DNA of 63,876 nucleotides, filler included. It is 6 parts of 6 records of this genome, joined end to end, with 100 filler letters (N's around TTAATTAATTAA, not from the genome) between each part and the next. Parts side by side here need not be neighbours in the genome. Positions count along the whole stretch, not along the records: positions 46,167 to 63,876 come from DRR723986_25581; 5 more parts are not named here. The stretch is one strand, 5' to 3'. The notes beneath the pieces are model-generated. The model ran no database searches and had not been told where the DNA came from. It worked only from the letters and a program-made list of their open reading frames with translations. Below, piece after piece: positions 48,022 through 57,915 of this stretch; the first letter of the stretch is position 1, and each line of letters opens with the position of its first letter. A program made the translations under genes and the position numbers.

Positions 48022-49092
48022 CTGAACAATTCCAATTGTAGGGTTTTTTTCTTCTGTTTCACTATCTGAATATTCCAATTGCTGCACGAAGTAAAAGATG
48101 TCCCTTCCTAAATCCAGCGGTCTGAGAACTACGGGGTTCCCATTACCATCTAAGACTCCCTTTTGCAAATTGTATCCGAGTGCACTCTCCTTTTCATAGA
48201 TATAAATCAGGTACTTAGAGTCTGCATAATACTCACAGAGCACATAGGAAAGCGAATTAACTACATTGTATATCTGGATTTTTTTTATGCCACCCTTGTC
48301 TAAAACCTGTTTGGTTTCAAAATTCAATTTCAAGAATGGTGTCAAAACTTTTTCCTTGAATTTATATAAGGTGTCATGAAGAATTATTTGACTACCAAAA
48401 TCCGGCACATACACAAAATGGTCAAGCCCTACTGTGGAGAAGTAATTCTTGATTGGAAAGTCAGAAGCTGAGCGTGATTTAAGTTTCACTTCCCTAACTA
48501 GTATGGTATCAACCACATCCAAAGATTTATTGATTTCATAAAATGAAGCTCGGTTAAGAAACCCTTCCTCCTGTGGTATTGACAACTCTTGCCTCAGCAC
48601 AAACAATTTATCTTCCAAAACGGAGAAAGCATTCACATTAAATGGAAGTGAATTTTCTAAGAATAATTCATCCTCCTTGGAATAAACGTACAGCTTCCTG
48701 GCCGATGCTACATAAAGAAGGTTTGATTCTTCGTCAATGGTCATTTGAGGAAAAAATTCATATTCTCCTGGCCCCTCTCCCCGTTTGCCTAATACCTTAA
48801 CAAACTTCCCTTCTTGATCAAATATCAAAATCCTCCTGGAAGCATCTGAAACATAAATTTTATCATTGAACAGTTTAATATCCAAAACACCTGTCAAAAA
48901 AGAGCTATCATTGGTCTCTAGCTGAATGAGTTTTAAAGATTTTGTCAATTGTTCTAGTTGCAATTCCTGGTCTATCTTACTAGGAATCTCAACGATTGGT
49001 AAGCTAGTTTCTAGAATTTTAGAGCACCTAAAAAATCCGAATCCTACTACAAAACAGGCTGATAGTAAAAAGAAATTTGACTTATGCTTCAT
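48013..49092 (-). CDS. 6-bladed beta-propeller lipoprotein (Bacteroidota family)
   Basis: Signal peptide with Cys, IQLETND, IFDQEGKF, GEGPGEY and a C-terminal EKNPTIGIVQLK. Confidence 0.8.
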   Translation of the reverse strand: MKHKSNFFLLSACFVVGFGFFRCSKILETSLPIVEIPSKIDQELQLEQLTKSLKLIQLETNDSSFLTGVLDIKLFNDKIYVSDASRRILIFDQEGKFVKVLGKRGEGPGEYEFFPQMTIDEESNLLYVASARKLYVYSKEDELFLENSLPFNVNAFSVLEDKLFVLRQELSIPQEEGFLNRASFYEINKSLDVVDTILVREVKLKSRSASDFPIKNYFSTVGLDHFVYVPDFGSQIILHDTLYKFKEKVLTPFLKLNFETKQVLDKGGIKKIQIYNVVNSLSYVLCEYYADSKYLIYIYEKESALGYNLQKGVLDGNGNPVVLRPLDLGRDIFYFVQQLEYSDSETEEKNPTIGIVQLK

Positions 49093-49159
49093 TTTCTTAA
49101 CAGTTCAAATTGAGAATTTATATTACTTAAATCCTATCAACAAAGCTATAGCCCAAAAC

Positions 49160-49185
49160 AAAAAAGCCTTCCCGAGGGAAGGCTT
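49160..49185 (-). terminator. Terminator after rplT
   Basis: Minus strand AAGCCTTCCC-TC-GGGAAGGC followed by TTTTTT. Confidence 0.88.
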
Positions 49186-49209
49186 CCAATAAAATAAGAC
49201 AGTGCAACC

Positions 49210-49554
49210 TTATTTTACTCTTTCAACTACAGCTTTAAATGCTTCTGGGTGATTCATGGCCAAATCTGCCAAAACCTTACGGTTAAGTTCGATTTCACCT
49301 TTCTTCAATAATCCCATCAATTGAGAATAGGATACGCCGTGCATTCTTGCACCTGCGTTGATACGTTGAATCCATAAAGCTCTGAATTCTCTTTTCTTCG
49401 CTTTACGGTCTCTGTACGCATACTGAAGACCTTTCTCATACTTGTTTTTGGCTACTGTCCATACGTTGCTACCTCTTCCGAAGTAACCTCTTGTGGCTTT
49501 TAGCACTTTTTTTCTTCTTGCTCTGGACGCTACCGCGTTTACCGATCTAGGCAT
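49210..49554 (-). CDS. rplT: 50S ribosomal protein L20
   Basis: [16 protein letters not shown]...[20 protein letters not shown]...[10 protein letters not shown]. Confidence 0.99.
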   Translation of the reverse strand: MPRSVNAVASRARRKKVLKATRGYFGRGSNVWTVAKNKYEKGLQYAYRDRKAKKREFRALWIQRINAGARMHGVSYSQLMGLLKKGEIELNRKVLADLAMNHPEAFKAVVERVK

Positions 49555-49665
49555 AGTGTTTTGTTTTTTGACAGTTGGTGCCCCGAGTGATCGAGATCTT
49601 GATTACCAAAATGTCTGGTGAATAAATAAACCTTAATTAATTGATTTTTAAGCTACTGCAGAGAA

Positions 49666-49860
49666 TCAGATTCTCAACATGTCTCTTACTCTACCCTCGT
49701 CAGACTCATGAACTAGACCAGTTTTAGTCAAGTTATGCTTTCTTTTAGTAGATTTTTTCGTCAGGATGTGGCTTTTGAAAGCGTGTTTCCTTTTGATTTT
49801 GCCGGTTCCCGTTAAAGCGAACCTCTTCTTTGCACTGGATTTGGTTTTTACCTTTGGCAT
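49666..49860 (-). CDS. rpmI: 50S ribosomal protein L35
   Basis: [34 protein letters not shown]. Confidence 0.99.
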   Translation of the reverse strand: MPKVKTKSSAKKRFALTGTGKIKRKHAFKSHILTKKSTKRKHNLTKTGLVHESDEGRVRDMLRI

Positions 49861-49885
49861 TTTGCTGTATTTATTTAGTTGAAAT

Positions 49886-50440
49886 TTATTTCTTTCCTGC
49901 CTTCGGAGCGATGAAGATGTTCATTCTTTTACCTTCCATTTTCGGAAGCTGCTCTACTGCACCGTATTCTGCAAGTGCCTGAGCAAATTTCAGAAGTAGC
50001 ATCTCTCCTCTTTCTTTAAACACAATGCTACGACCCACGAAATGTACGTAAGCCTTTACTTTTGCGCCTTCTTTTAAGAAGTTGATGGCATGCTTCAATT
50101 TGAAATTGTAATCATGATCATCAGTATTCGGTCCGAATCTGATCTCCTTCAAAACAATCTTTGCTGCATTGGATTTGATCTCCTTCTGCTTCTTTTTCTG
50201 CTCGTACTTAAACTTTGCGTAGTCAAGAATTTTACAAACGGGAGGATCAACATTAGGAGAAATCTCTACCAGATCCAGGTCATTTTCCTGAGCGAGTTTG
50301 ATGGCTTTATCTGTAGGAAGTAATGCATTTCCACCTTCTACAAAATCACCAACCACCCGTACTTCACGAGCTCTGATTTTCTGGTTTACTTTATAAGGTT
50401 CTTCTTGTCTACCTCTATAGGGTTGTCTGTTGTTTCTCAA
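49886..50440 (-). CDS. infC: Translation initiation factor IF-3 (non-AUG start, exact codon uncertain)
   Basis: [20 protein letters not shown]...PPVCKI.DY.KFKYE and KEIRFGP.TD.HD motifs; no in-frame ATG near the start. Confidence 0.97.
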   Translation of the reverse strand: MRNNRQPYRGRQEEPYKVNQKIRAREVRVVGDFVEGGNALLPTDKAIKLAQENDLDLVEISPNVDPPVCKILDYAKFKYEQKKKQKEIKSNAAKIVLKEIRFGPNTDDHDYNFKLKHAINFLKEGAKVKAYVHFVGRSIVFKERGEMLLLKFAQALAEYGAVEQLPKMEGKRMNIFIAPKAGKK

Positions 50441-50527
50441 GTTAGCTTTGATTGTTTTTATGAAATTGGATGCAAATATCGGAATTATTTCTAATTAAGA
50501 AAAACTGAATTAAATAATACAGTCAAA

Positions 50528-52474
50528 TTACTTAGTTAATGATGCTGAAATAATACCCTGAAAATAATTTATAAACTCCTCCGCTGAGAAGTTACCTAGA
50601 TCTCCTTCACCATGTTTTCGAACGGAAAGTTTTCGCTCTTCCTGCTCCTTTTCCCCTACTATTAGCATAAAAGGCACTTTTTTAACTTCAGAGTCACGGA
50701 TTTTTCTTCCGATCTTTTCATCTCTGTTGTCAATTGAACCTGATATCCCCACCTCTTCGAGGATTAACTTTATTTCTTCTGCATATTCTATATATTTCTC
50801 AGAAATAGGCAAAATATTGATCTGCTCAGGAGAAAGCCATAGTGGGAAGTTGCCTGCACAGTGCTCAATAAGCACGGCTACGAAACGCTCCAAAGAACCA
50901 AAAGGCGCTCTATGGATCATCACAGGTCTATGCTTCTGATTGTCCGAACCTATATATTCCAACTCGAACCGTTCTGGTAAGTTATAATCGACCTGGATAG
51001 TTCCCAACTGCCATTTTCTTCCTAAAGCATCTTTCACCATAAAGTCCAGCTTAGGTCCGTAGAATGCTGCCTCGCCCAGCTCAGTCACAGTAGTTAATCC
51101 TTTCTCTGCTGCCGCTTCGATAATTGCAGATTCTGCCTTATTCCAGTTTTCATCCCCACCTATATATTTGGAAGGATTTTCCGGATCTCTCAAAGAGATT
51201 TGAGCAGTGTAATCTTCAAAACCCAAAGCTTTGAAAACATACAATACCAAGTCAATTACTTTGACAAACTCCTCTTTCACCTGATCTGGACGGCAGAAAA
51301 TATGTGCATCATCCTGAGTAAATCCTCGAACACGGGTCAAACCGTGCAATTCTCCACTTTGCTCATATCGATACACAGTGCCAAATTCCGCATAGCGAAT
51401 CGGCAATTCTTTATAAGAATGCGGCTTATGCTTATAGATCTCACAGTGATGCGGACAATTCATCGGTTTCAGCAAAAACTCCTCTCCTTCATGTGGAGTC
51501 GCTATTGGCTGAAAAGAATCCTTACCATATTTCTCGTAGTGACCGGAAGTCTCATATAATACCTTATGGCCAATATGTGGAGTGATCACCTGCTGATAAC
51601 CTGCTTTATCCTGCGCTTTTTTCAGGAAATTAACCAAACGCTCTCTTAGCAAGGTTCCCTTTGGCAACCAAAGTGGAAGGCCTGCTCCTACTTTCTCCGA
51701 GAATGTGAATAGCTCAAGCTCACGTCCTAGTTTCCTGTGATCGCGTTTTTTAGCTTCTTCCAGCAAGGTCAAATAGTCAGACAGCTCTTTTGCTTTCGGG
51801 AAAGTCACCCCGTAAATACGGGTAAGCATTTTGCGGTTCTCATCCCCTCTCCAATATGCGCCGGCGATATTTGTCAACTTCACAGCCTTTACAAAACCGG
51901 TATTTGGAATATGCGGTCCTCTACAGAGATCCACGAAGTTTCCTTGCTGGTAGAACGTAATTGAACCATCTTCAAGTCCTTCCAAAAGGTCTAATTTGTA
52001 CTCGTCACCTTTCTTCTGGAAATAATCGACTGCATCTTTCTTGGAAATGTCAGTACGGATATACTCATTCTTTTCACGGGCCAGCTCGATCATTTTCTTC
52101 TCAATAGCTTCCAATTCTGAACCATCTAAGGTCTTATCACCGAAATCTACATCATAGTAGAATCCTGTTTCGATCGGAGGGCCAATACCGAATTTGATAC
52201 CTGGATGAAGTGCTTCCAATGCTTCTGCGAGCAAGTGCGCGGATGAGTGCCAAAAAGTATTTTTGCCTTCTCCGTCATTCCATGTTAATAATTGAATGGA
52301 GGAATCCTCATTGATAGCTCGGGTAGCATCCCAAACTTGTCCGTTTACTTTTGCGGCTAGAACGTTTCTCGCTAAACCCTCGCTGATACTTGCAGCAATC
52401 TGTAGTCCGGAAGTTCCTTTTTCATACTCCTTCACAGTGCCATCTGGAAGAGTAATTTTAATAAGTTGTGACAT
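50528..52474 (-). CDS. thrS: Threonine--tRNA ligase
   Basis: TGS domain, [38 protein letters not shown] and AFYGPKLD motifs. Confidence 0.99.
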   Translation of the reverse strand: MSQLIKITLPDGTVKEYEKGTSGLQIAASISEGLARNVLAAKVNGQVWDATRAINEDSSIQLLTWNDGEGKNTFWHSSAHLLAEALEALHPGIKFGIGPPIETGFYYDVDFGDKTLDGSELEAIEKKMIELAREKNEYIRTDISKKDAVDYFQKKGDEYKLDLLEGLEDGSITFYQQGNFVDLCRGPHIPNTGFVKAVKLTNIAGAYWRGDENRKMLTRIYGVTFPKAKELSDYLTLLEEAKKRDHRKLGRELELFTFSEKVGAGLPLWLPKGTLLRERLVNFLKKAQDKAGYQQVITPHIGHKVLYETSGHYEKYGKDSFQPIATPHEGEEFLLKPMNCPHHCEIYKHKPHSYKELPIRYAEFGTVYRYEQSGELHGLTRVRGFTQDDAHIFCRPDQVKEEFVKVIDLVLYVFKALGFEDYTAQISLRDPENPSKYIGGDENWNKAESAIIEAAAEKGLTTVTELGEAAFYGPKLDFMVKDALGRKWQLGTIQVDYNLPERFELEYIGSDNQKHRPVMIHRAPFGSLERFVAVLIEHCAGNFPLWLSPEQINILPISEKYIEYAEEIKLILEEVGISGSIDNRDEKIGRKIRDSEVKKVPFMLIVGEKEQEERKLSVRKHGEGDLGNFSAEEFINYFQGIISASLTK

Positions 52475-52767
52475 GTGTAAAATTAGTTCTGCCCATACAA
52501 AAGGGCATAAAGATTAAGCTACAAATATGCACAAGACGAAGGCAAACGAAAAATATATGGGAAGGGAATATGGAAATGAGTGGATATTTTTTAATTATCT
52601 CTAATCATGTCTGTACCTGCATTTTCTTTGCTTACTTTGGTTGGACGACCTATGACGGGCTGACCGGAGTAGCCTCAATGCTAGTGTTAAACTTAAAATA
52701 TGTAGCTTTTTTGTCTTTTACTGATCCGAATTGCAGAAACACCCACTTGCTGCTGGATAAAGACACC

Positions 52768-53982
52768 TTATTTTTTTACCGTATAGACAATTAGAACAGG
52801 ATTTTCTGAGTCTTTGGCTGCAAAAGCCACTTGAGCAAAGTTCTTCCCCTTCCCTTTCACATACTCTTCAAAGCCCTCCTGGCCGAGTTCTGCTTTCTTT
52901 TTCTGCAATTCTTTGAAAAGAGTTTTTCCGGGAAGATAAAAACCAATTTTATCCTTGCGAAAGTGATGCGAGAATGAAAAAGGATCAAAGCTTTTATCAA
53001 TATCGTTTTTTAATCGTCCGTCTATAATATGGGGCATTTGGTTTTTTCTATCAAAAAAGACATTGTAACTATCAGTTTCATACTTGAAGCTTGAATAAAG
53101 TTGGGTGTCAGATATATGCCAGGAAAATGGTATGAAGTATAATTTTGATTTATTATTGATAAAGTTCATTAGATCTGGTGGACTTAAATCTTGACTTTTT
53201 TTCTTTAACTCATCAATCTGTTGTGCATACTTTTCGAAATCAAATATAAATTTTGGAGTGGCCTTTCCTGATTTAAGCAACATTATCGTATCATTAAATG
53301 GTCTGCCAACGTATACTTCATCATTTTTCATAAAAGAACTTCTGCTTGGGTAATCCCCGTAATACCCTTCTACATCGTAAGGAAAAAATTTCAATGTATC
53401 CTTGAAATCCTCATTAACACTTTCGACAAAATAATTGCCTAGCTCCCTTACATTTTTAAAAAAATAATAGCGCTTTTCCTCTTCTAAAAAAATTCCAGAA
53501 CCTACATGTTTAGCTAATTTTTCCTCTCTGAGAAATTCGCCATCTATGCTGAACCACATCAACTTGGGCGGATAAATTCCCAATAATAAAACTTCATTAT
53601 TTACAATAATAGCATCATCAAAATCAAGGTATTTCTCCGGTCCTTCTCCGTAAGCTCTGATTTTTGAAAAATACTCCCCTTTCCTATCAAATATTTTTAT
53701 GCATTTGCAACCAAAAATATCTAGAGTAAAGATCTTGTCACCATGGAAAAAAATCTTATTCAAACCTCCTAATTGAGCATCTTCAGAATCATCTTTGAGC
53801 CAGATGTATTCTATCTCAGGCTCAAAGAATTCGGAGAGTTTTCCTTCTCTGGCTTCAGAAAGGTCAACTTTTATGATTTCTAAGCCATCACTGGATTGAT
53901 CCGAATTAGTTTCAACACTGGTAGAACAGGATATAAAAACGCTCGAGTAGACAAGCAGTAAAAAAAGACACAGGTTTTTCAT
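52768..53982 (-). CDS. 6-bladed beta-propeller lipoprotein (Bacteroidota family)
   Basis: Lipobox FIS-C, KLSEFF...EYIWL, IFDRKGEY, GEGPEKY and a C-terminal DSENPVLIVYTVKK. Confidence 0.8.
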   Translation of the reverse strand: MKNLCLFLLLVYSSVFISCSTSVETNSDQSSDGLEIIKVDLSEAREGKLSEFFEPEIEYIWLKDDSEDAQLGGLNKIFFHGDKIFTLDIFGCKCIKIFDRKGEYFSKIRAYGEGPEKYLDFDDAIIVNNEVLLLGIYPPKLMWFSIDGEFLREEKLAKHVGSGIFLEEEKRYYFFKNVRELGNYFVESVNEDFKDTLKFFPYDVEGYYGDYPSRSSFMKNDEVYVGRPFNDTIMLLKSGKATPKFIFDFEKYAQQIDELKKKSQDLSPPDLMNFINNKSKLYFIPFSWHISDTQLYSSFKYETDSYNVFFDRKNQMPHIIDGRLKNDIDKSFDPFSFSHHFRKDKIGFYLPGKTLFKELQKKKAELGQEGFEEYVKGKGKNFAQVAFAAKDSENPVLIVYTVKK

Positions 53983-54012
53983 CTACCCAATCTAATGAAT
54001 AGAATCCAATAA

Positions 54013-56490
54013 CTAAAGAATAATTTGTCCGGAGATTTTTACTGCAAATGGCTTGGCTCCAGGATTATCCAGATAGGTAATTCTATGGAAAAAGTCTATT
54101 CTGAAAAATTTGAAAATATTCTCAATCCCATAGCCCAATTCCACATAAGGTTTGGTAGGATCCAGTCTTCCAAATGTTTCTAAAGGATTGCCAGCAGGAT
54201 CTACCGTAGGAGCATTTGCTATATTTTTATTATTGACTGATCCATACAGGATATTTGCATTTCCTACGGCTCGCCATTTTAGCTTTTTGAGTAAGGGTAT
54301 TTTATTCAATAAAAAACCTTCGAAATAATGTCTGTAACGCAAGCTCGCATATTGATCCGAAGCAAATTCATTGAAATTCATCGTGTTGAAAGCTGCGGAG
54401 GTGTAGAACAACGTCTCGTTGCCCAAGTGATTTTTCAAGATCGGATAGGGCACTTCCCCAAATACTTTTCCCGCATCAAATTCATAGCGGGAAACTCCAA
54501 ACATGCCCATATTCAATCGCTGATACACATAGAAATTCAGTTTGGAATATGTAATATCCCCACCGAGCCAGTCCATGCCTTTAGCATAGCTCAATTCAAA
54601 AATCGGCCATCTCAAAGGCCCTAACGAGGTTCGCTCGTTGTCGTTGATCAGGATAGTTTCGTCACTTCCATAGCGCAGGCCAACCTTAGCCTCAGCAGTT
54701 TCAAACTGGGATTTATACTCCCCTGTTCCTTTTTCCAGGTAATAAAAATCATACAAGGGCTCAAACTCCATAAAGCTCAAATCTGAATAAAGCAAAAACC
54801 CCTTGAAAAACTCTCGCTGAAAATTAACCTGATGCTTAGTAGTGAAGTAAGGTCGTCTAAGTGTACCGAACCTGCTGGCCGCCAGAAATATGCTATTCCC
54901 CTGCAAGCTGGAAATTTCCAAACCTACTTGATCAATTTCCTTCTGCGTCGATAGGGAAATGGAAGTCCAGTGCTGCCTGTCTAATATGCGGGTTACTTTT
55001 GCAGAATATTTAAGCTCAGCGTCCTTGAAACCATAAGCTCCATACCCATATAACACCCACTTATCGCTGAATTTTAGATTGGTGCGGAACCCCATTCCTA
55101 GCCTCACTCCTTCTATATCATTGTAGTTGAAAAAGCCTGGCCAGGGGCCGATATCTACTTTTTTGAAAGGCAAATACCCCGTTCCAAAAAACTTAAGTCC
55201 CTCAGAATAGAACCGTACAATCGGGATTTTCTTTAAGGTATCCACCATTTGTAGCACTGCTAATTCTTGCTCTGACAAAACATCCTGACGATTTTCCTTC
55301 CAAAATTCCTCACTTGCCTCATCAAAGTCAGGTAATAAAGTGACAGATTGATTGAAAAAAGATGTTGGCTGAGGTTCCCCGATTTTTATGCTATCTGCCG
55401 AAGTGTAGAATTTTGCAAGAAGGCCAGCCGTTTTAGGTGTGATCTGACCTATTTTTATCTGAACTCGCGTTTTGGCAGGAATCAAAGGGCCAGCGGAAGT
55501 AGGTTGCAATTCCTGTTGAATTTTGATTCGCTCAATGAAATTCAGATTGGCTTCCTTCGGTATAGTCAAATCCACTTGTTTCAAGGCATAGGTTTCCTTA
55601 TTGATCCAGATCGTGCCAGAAAACGCCAGATCCTGCTCTCTCAGCGGATAAACTTTCAGCATATAGCAAGAATCGCTACCAACCAAAACTGAATCCATCA
55701 AATCATAATCATAAAACTGCTTCCAGCCATCTGCTATTGGCGAAACAAATTCTTTCCCAACGATACTGAGCCAATTTTTATAAAAGTTGTATTCCTGAAA
55801 AGCAGATCCTGTGATCTGCGAGGCGGTAGATCCATCTGTGATCCCTACTCCGGTCACTTTAGATTTTTCCACAACCTCCTTTCTCAGTTCGGGATTATTC
55901 CTGAAATAGAATTTGGAGAGTGTTTCTGAGAAGAATACAGGCAAGATTTTCTCCCCTTCATCATTCGTCAGCTGCTTAATAGAGTCCAGAACTGCGGTGA
56001 CTTTCTGCACTGTTTTCCGCTGAGTAAATTCCTCAGACACATGATCAATATCGATTTCTATCTTGGTATAATTCTTTGTTTGATAGGCAGATAACTCGCG
56101 TTTGTCAAAGTCCTTTTTCCGATCCACTGCTTTACGTATCACATCAAAAGCAGGGTTTTCTCCAGCTTCAAAAACAAAAGCCTCTAGCTCAAAATCTGAA
56201 GGTTTAAGCTGAAAATTGACTGTTTGTTCAGGAAGTTGCTCCAAGGATTTAATACCAGAGATATATCCAAGATAGCTTACCGTAATGCTATCTGTTAGAG
56301 ATCTTGCTGATAAGCTATAATTGCCTTCAAAATCAGTGGAAATACCCACTGTAGTCCCTTTCAATAAAACAGATGCAAAAGGAATAGGGTCTCCGGTAGT
56401 CGCATCAGTTACTTTCCCTTTTACCACAAATTGGCCAAAGGACTGTGCATAAACGAAAAAGAAGAGGAGGAGAAAGAAATTACGAAGCAT
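54013..56490 (-). CDS. Outer-membrane protein with an N-terminal carboxypeptidase-regulatory-like domain (DUF5686-type)
   Basis: KGKVTDA.TG.PIPFASV...TDFEG.Y...SYLGY, FVSPIA, YNDIEGVRLG and PYVELGYGIENIFKFFRID motifs. Confidence 0.85.
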   Translation of the reverse strand: MLRNFFLLLFFFVYAQSFGQFVVKGKVTDATTGDPIPFASVLLKGTTVGISTDFEGNYSLSARSLTDSITVSYLGYISGIKSLEQLPEQTVNFQLKPSDFELEAFVFEAGENPAFDVIRKAVDRKKDFDKRELSAYQTKNYTKIEIDIDHVSEEFTQRKTVQKVTAVLDSIKQLTNDEGEKILPVFFSETLSKFYFRNNPELRKEVVEKSKVTGVGITDGSTASQITGSAFQEYNFYKNWLSIVGKEFVSPIADGWKQFYDYDLMDSVLVGSDSCYMLKVYPLREQDLAFSGTIWINKETYALKQVDLTIPKEANLNFIERIKIQQELQPTSAGPLIPAKTRVQIKIGQITPKTAGLLAKFYTSADSIKIGEPQPTSFFNQSVTLLPDFDEASEEFWKENRQDVLSEQELAVLQMVDTLKKIPIVRFYSEGLKFFGTGYLPFKKVDIGPWPGFFNYNDIEGVRLGMGFRTNLKFSDKWVLYGYGAYGFKDAELKYSAKVTRILDRQHWTSISLSTQKEIDQVGLEISSLQGNSIFLAASRFGTLRRPYFTTKHQVNFQREFFKGFLLYSDLSFMEFEPLYDFYYLEKGTGEYKSQFETAEAKVGLRYGSDETILINDNERTSLGPLRWPIFELSYAKGMDWLGGDITYSKLNFYVYQRLNMGMFGVSRYEFDAGKVFGEVPYPILKNHLGNETLFYTSAAFNTMNFNEFASDQYASLRYRHYFEGFLLNKIPLLKKLKWRAVGNANILYGSVNNKNIANAPTVDPAGNPLETFGRLDPTKPYVELGYGIENIFKFFRIDFFHRITYLDNPGAKPFAVKISGQIIL

Positions 56491-56629
56491 GAAATTTTTA
56501 CTGATCTGAAAACAAATCCCTGCAAAATAAATTCATTAACCGGGCAAATTGCTACCTAAGTGGTTAAAAAATATAAAGCTTCCCGAGATCAGGTTAATCT
56601 CAGAACTGGAAAAATGAAAATTCCGCTAG

Positions 56630-56637
56630 TATATTTG
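56630..56637 (+). promoter_or_regulatory. Bacteroidota -7 promoter element upstream of lhgO
   Basis: TATATTTG matches the TAnnTTTG consensus, 19 nt before the ATG. Confidence 0.6.
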
Positions 56638-56656
56638 AGTTTGTAAACTGAGAAAT

Positions 56657-57859
56657 ATGATATACGATATTGCGGTAATTGGTGGTGGAATTGTTGGTTT
56701 AGCGACTGCTCTTAAAGTTCAAAAAGCCCGACCTGATTTGAAAATAGTCATTTTGGAGAAGGAGAATCAATTAGCAAAACATCAAACAGGTAATAACAGT
56801 GGCGTGATTCACTCTGGCCTCTACTATAAGCCAGGGTCTCTAAAAGCTACGAATTGCATTGGCGGATATCATGAACTGATTCAATTCTGTGAAGAAGAAA
56901 AAATTCCTTTTGAGATTACGGGGAAAGTGGTAGTTGCTACCCGGGAAGAGCAAAAACCCCTTTTGAATAACTTATACGAGAGAGGGATTCAAAATGGCTT
57001 AGAAGGCACCAGGTATATTACCATGGAGGAGCTCAAAGAATACGAGCCGCACTGTGCAGGTATAGCAGCCCTTCATGTTCCTCAAACCGGAATAGTGGAT
57101 TATTTCAATGTAGCCTTGGCTTATGGAAGAAAAATTGTTCAAAATGGAGGTGAGATATATTTAAATCATAAAGTACTGGATATTAAGCAACAGGATGGAT
57201 TTAATTACATTGAAACTTCTAAGAAAACCATTCAAAGCAAACTAGTGGTTAATTGTGCAGGACTGTACTCTGATAAAGTCGCACAGATGAATGCCGACGA
57301 AGAAATAGACGTTAAAATAATTCCTTTTAGAGGAGAATACTTCAAGCTAAAAAAAGAAAGAGAATTCTTAGTAAAGAATCTGATTTACCCTGTACCTGAT
57401 CCTAATTTTCCATTCTTGGGAGTCCATTTCACTCGAATGATGAAAGGTGGTGTGGAAGCTGGACCGAACGCTGTTTTAGCTTTTCGCAGGGAAGGATATA
57501 AAAAATCCCAGATTAACTTAAGAGAACTAGCAGAATCGCTGGCTTGGCCAGGATTTCAAAAGGTAGCTGCGAAATATTGGCAAACAGGTTTTGGTGAAAT
57601 GTATAGATCTTTTTCCAAAGCAGCTTTCACTAAAGCGCTTCAAGAATTGATACCCGAAATCCAAGAATCTGACTTAGTCGAGGGTGGTGCAGGCGTGAGA
57701 GCTCAGGCATGTGACCGTACCGGAGGATTGTTAGACGACTTCTCGATCAGAGAATCCGCACACGCCATAAATGTATTGAATGCACCATCGCCTGCTGCTA
57801 CAAGTTCCCTTGCAATTGGAGGAACAGTGGCTGAATTGGCGTTGAAAAGATTTACTTAA
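56657..57859 (+). CDS. lhgO: L-2-hydroxyglutarate oxidase
   Basis: GGGIVG, HQTGNNSGVIHSGLYY.PGSLKA, IYPVPDP.FPFLGVHFTR, AGVRAQA and NAPSPAATSS motifs. Confidence 0.95.
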   Translation: MIYDIAVIGGGIVGLATALKVQKARPDLKIVILEKENQLAKHQTGNNSGVIHSGLYYKPGSLKATNCIGGYHELIQFCEEEKIPFEITGKVVVATREEQKPLLNNLYERGIQNGLEGTRYITMEELKEYEPHCAGIAALHVPQTGIVDYFNVALAYGRKIVQNGGEIYLNHKVLDIKQQDGFNYIETSKKTIQSKLVVNCAGLYSDKVAQMNADEEIDVKIIPFRGEYFKLKKEREFLVKNLIYPVPDPNFPFLGVHFTRMMKGGVEAGPNAVLAFRREGYKKSQINLRELAESLAWPGFQKVAAKYWQTGFGEMYRSFSKAAFTKALQELIPEIQESDLVEGGAGVRAQACDRTGGLLDDFSIRESAHAINVLNAPSPAATSSLAIGGTVAELALKRFT

Positions 57860-57914
57860 CCTTTGAGGAAATCCCGAAGTCTAGTGACATTCGCGATGAA
57901 ACCTCAAAGGTTAA
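57856..57914. repeat. Long hairpin between convergent genes (REP-like element / bidirectional terminator)
   Basis: TTAACCTTTGAGG and CCTCAAAGGTTAA are perfect 13-bp arms enclosing an imperfect inner stem. Confidence 0.7.
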
Positions 57915-57915
57915 A

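Noticed and set aside
52468-52794. 108-aa plus-strand ORF between thrS and the propeller gene
   Set aside because: Overlaps both neighbours and the thrS promoter region; no motif support.
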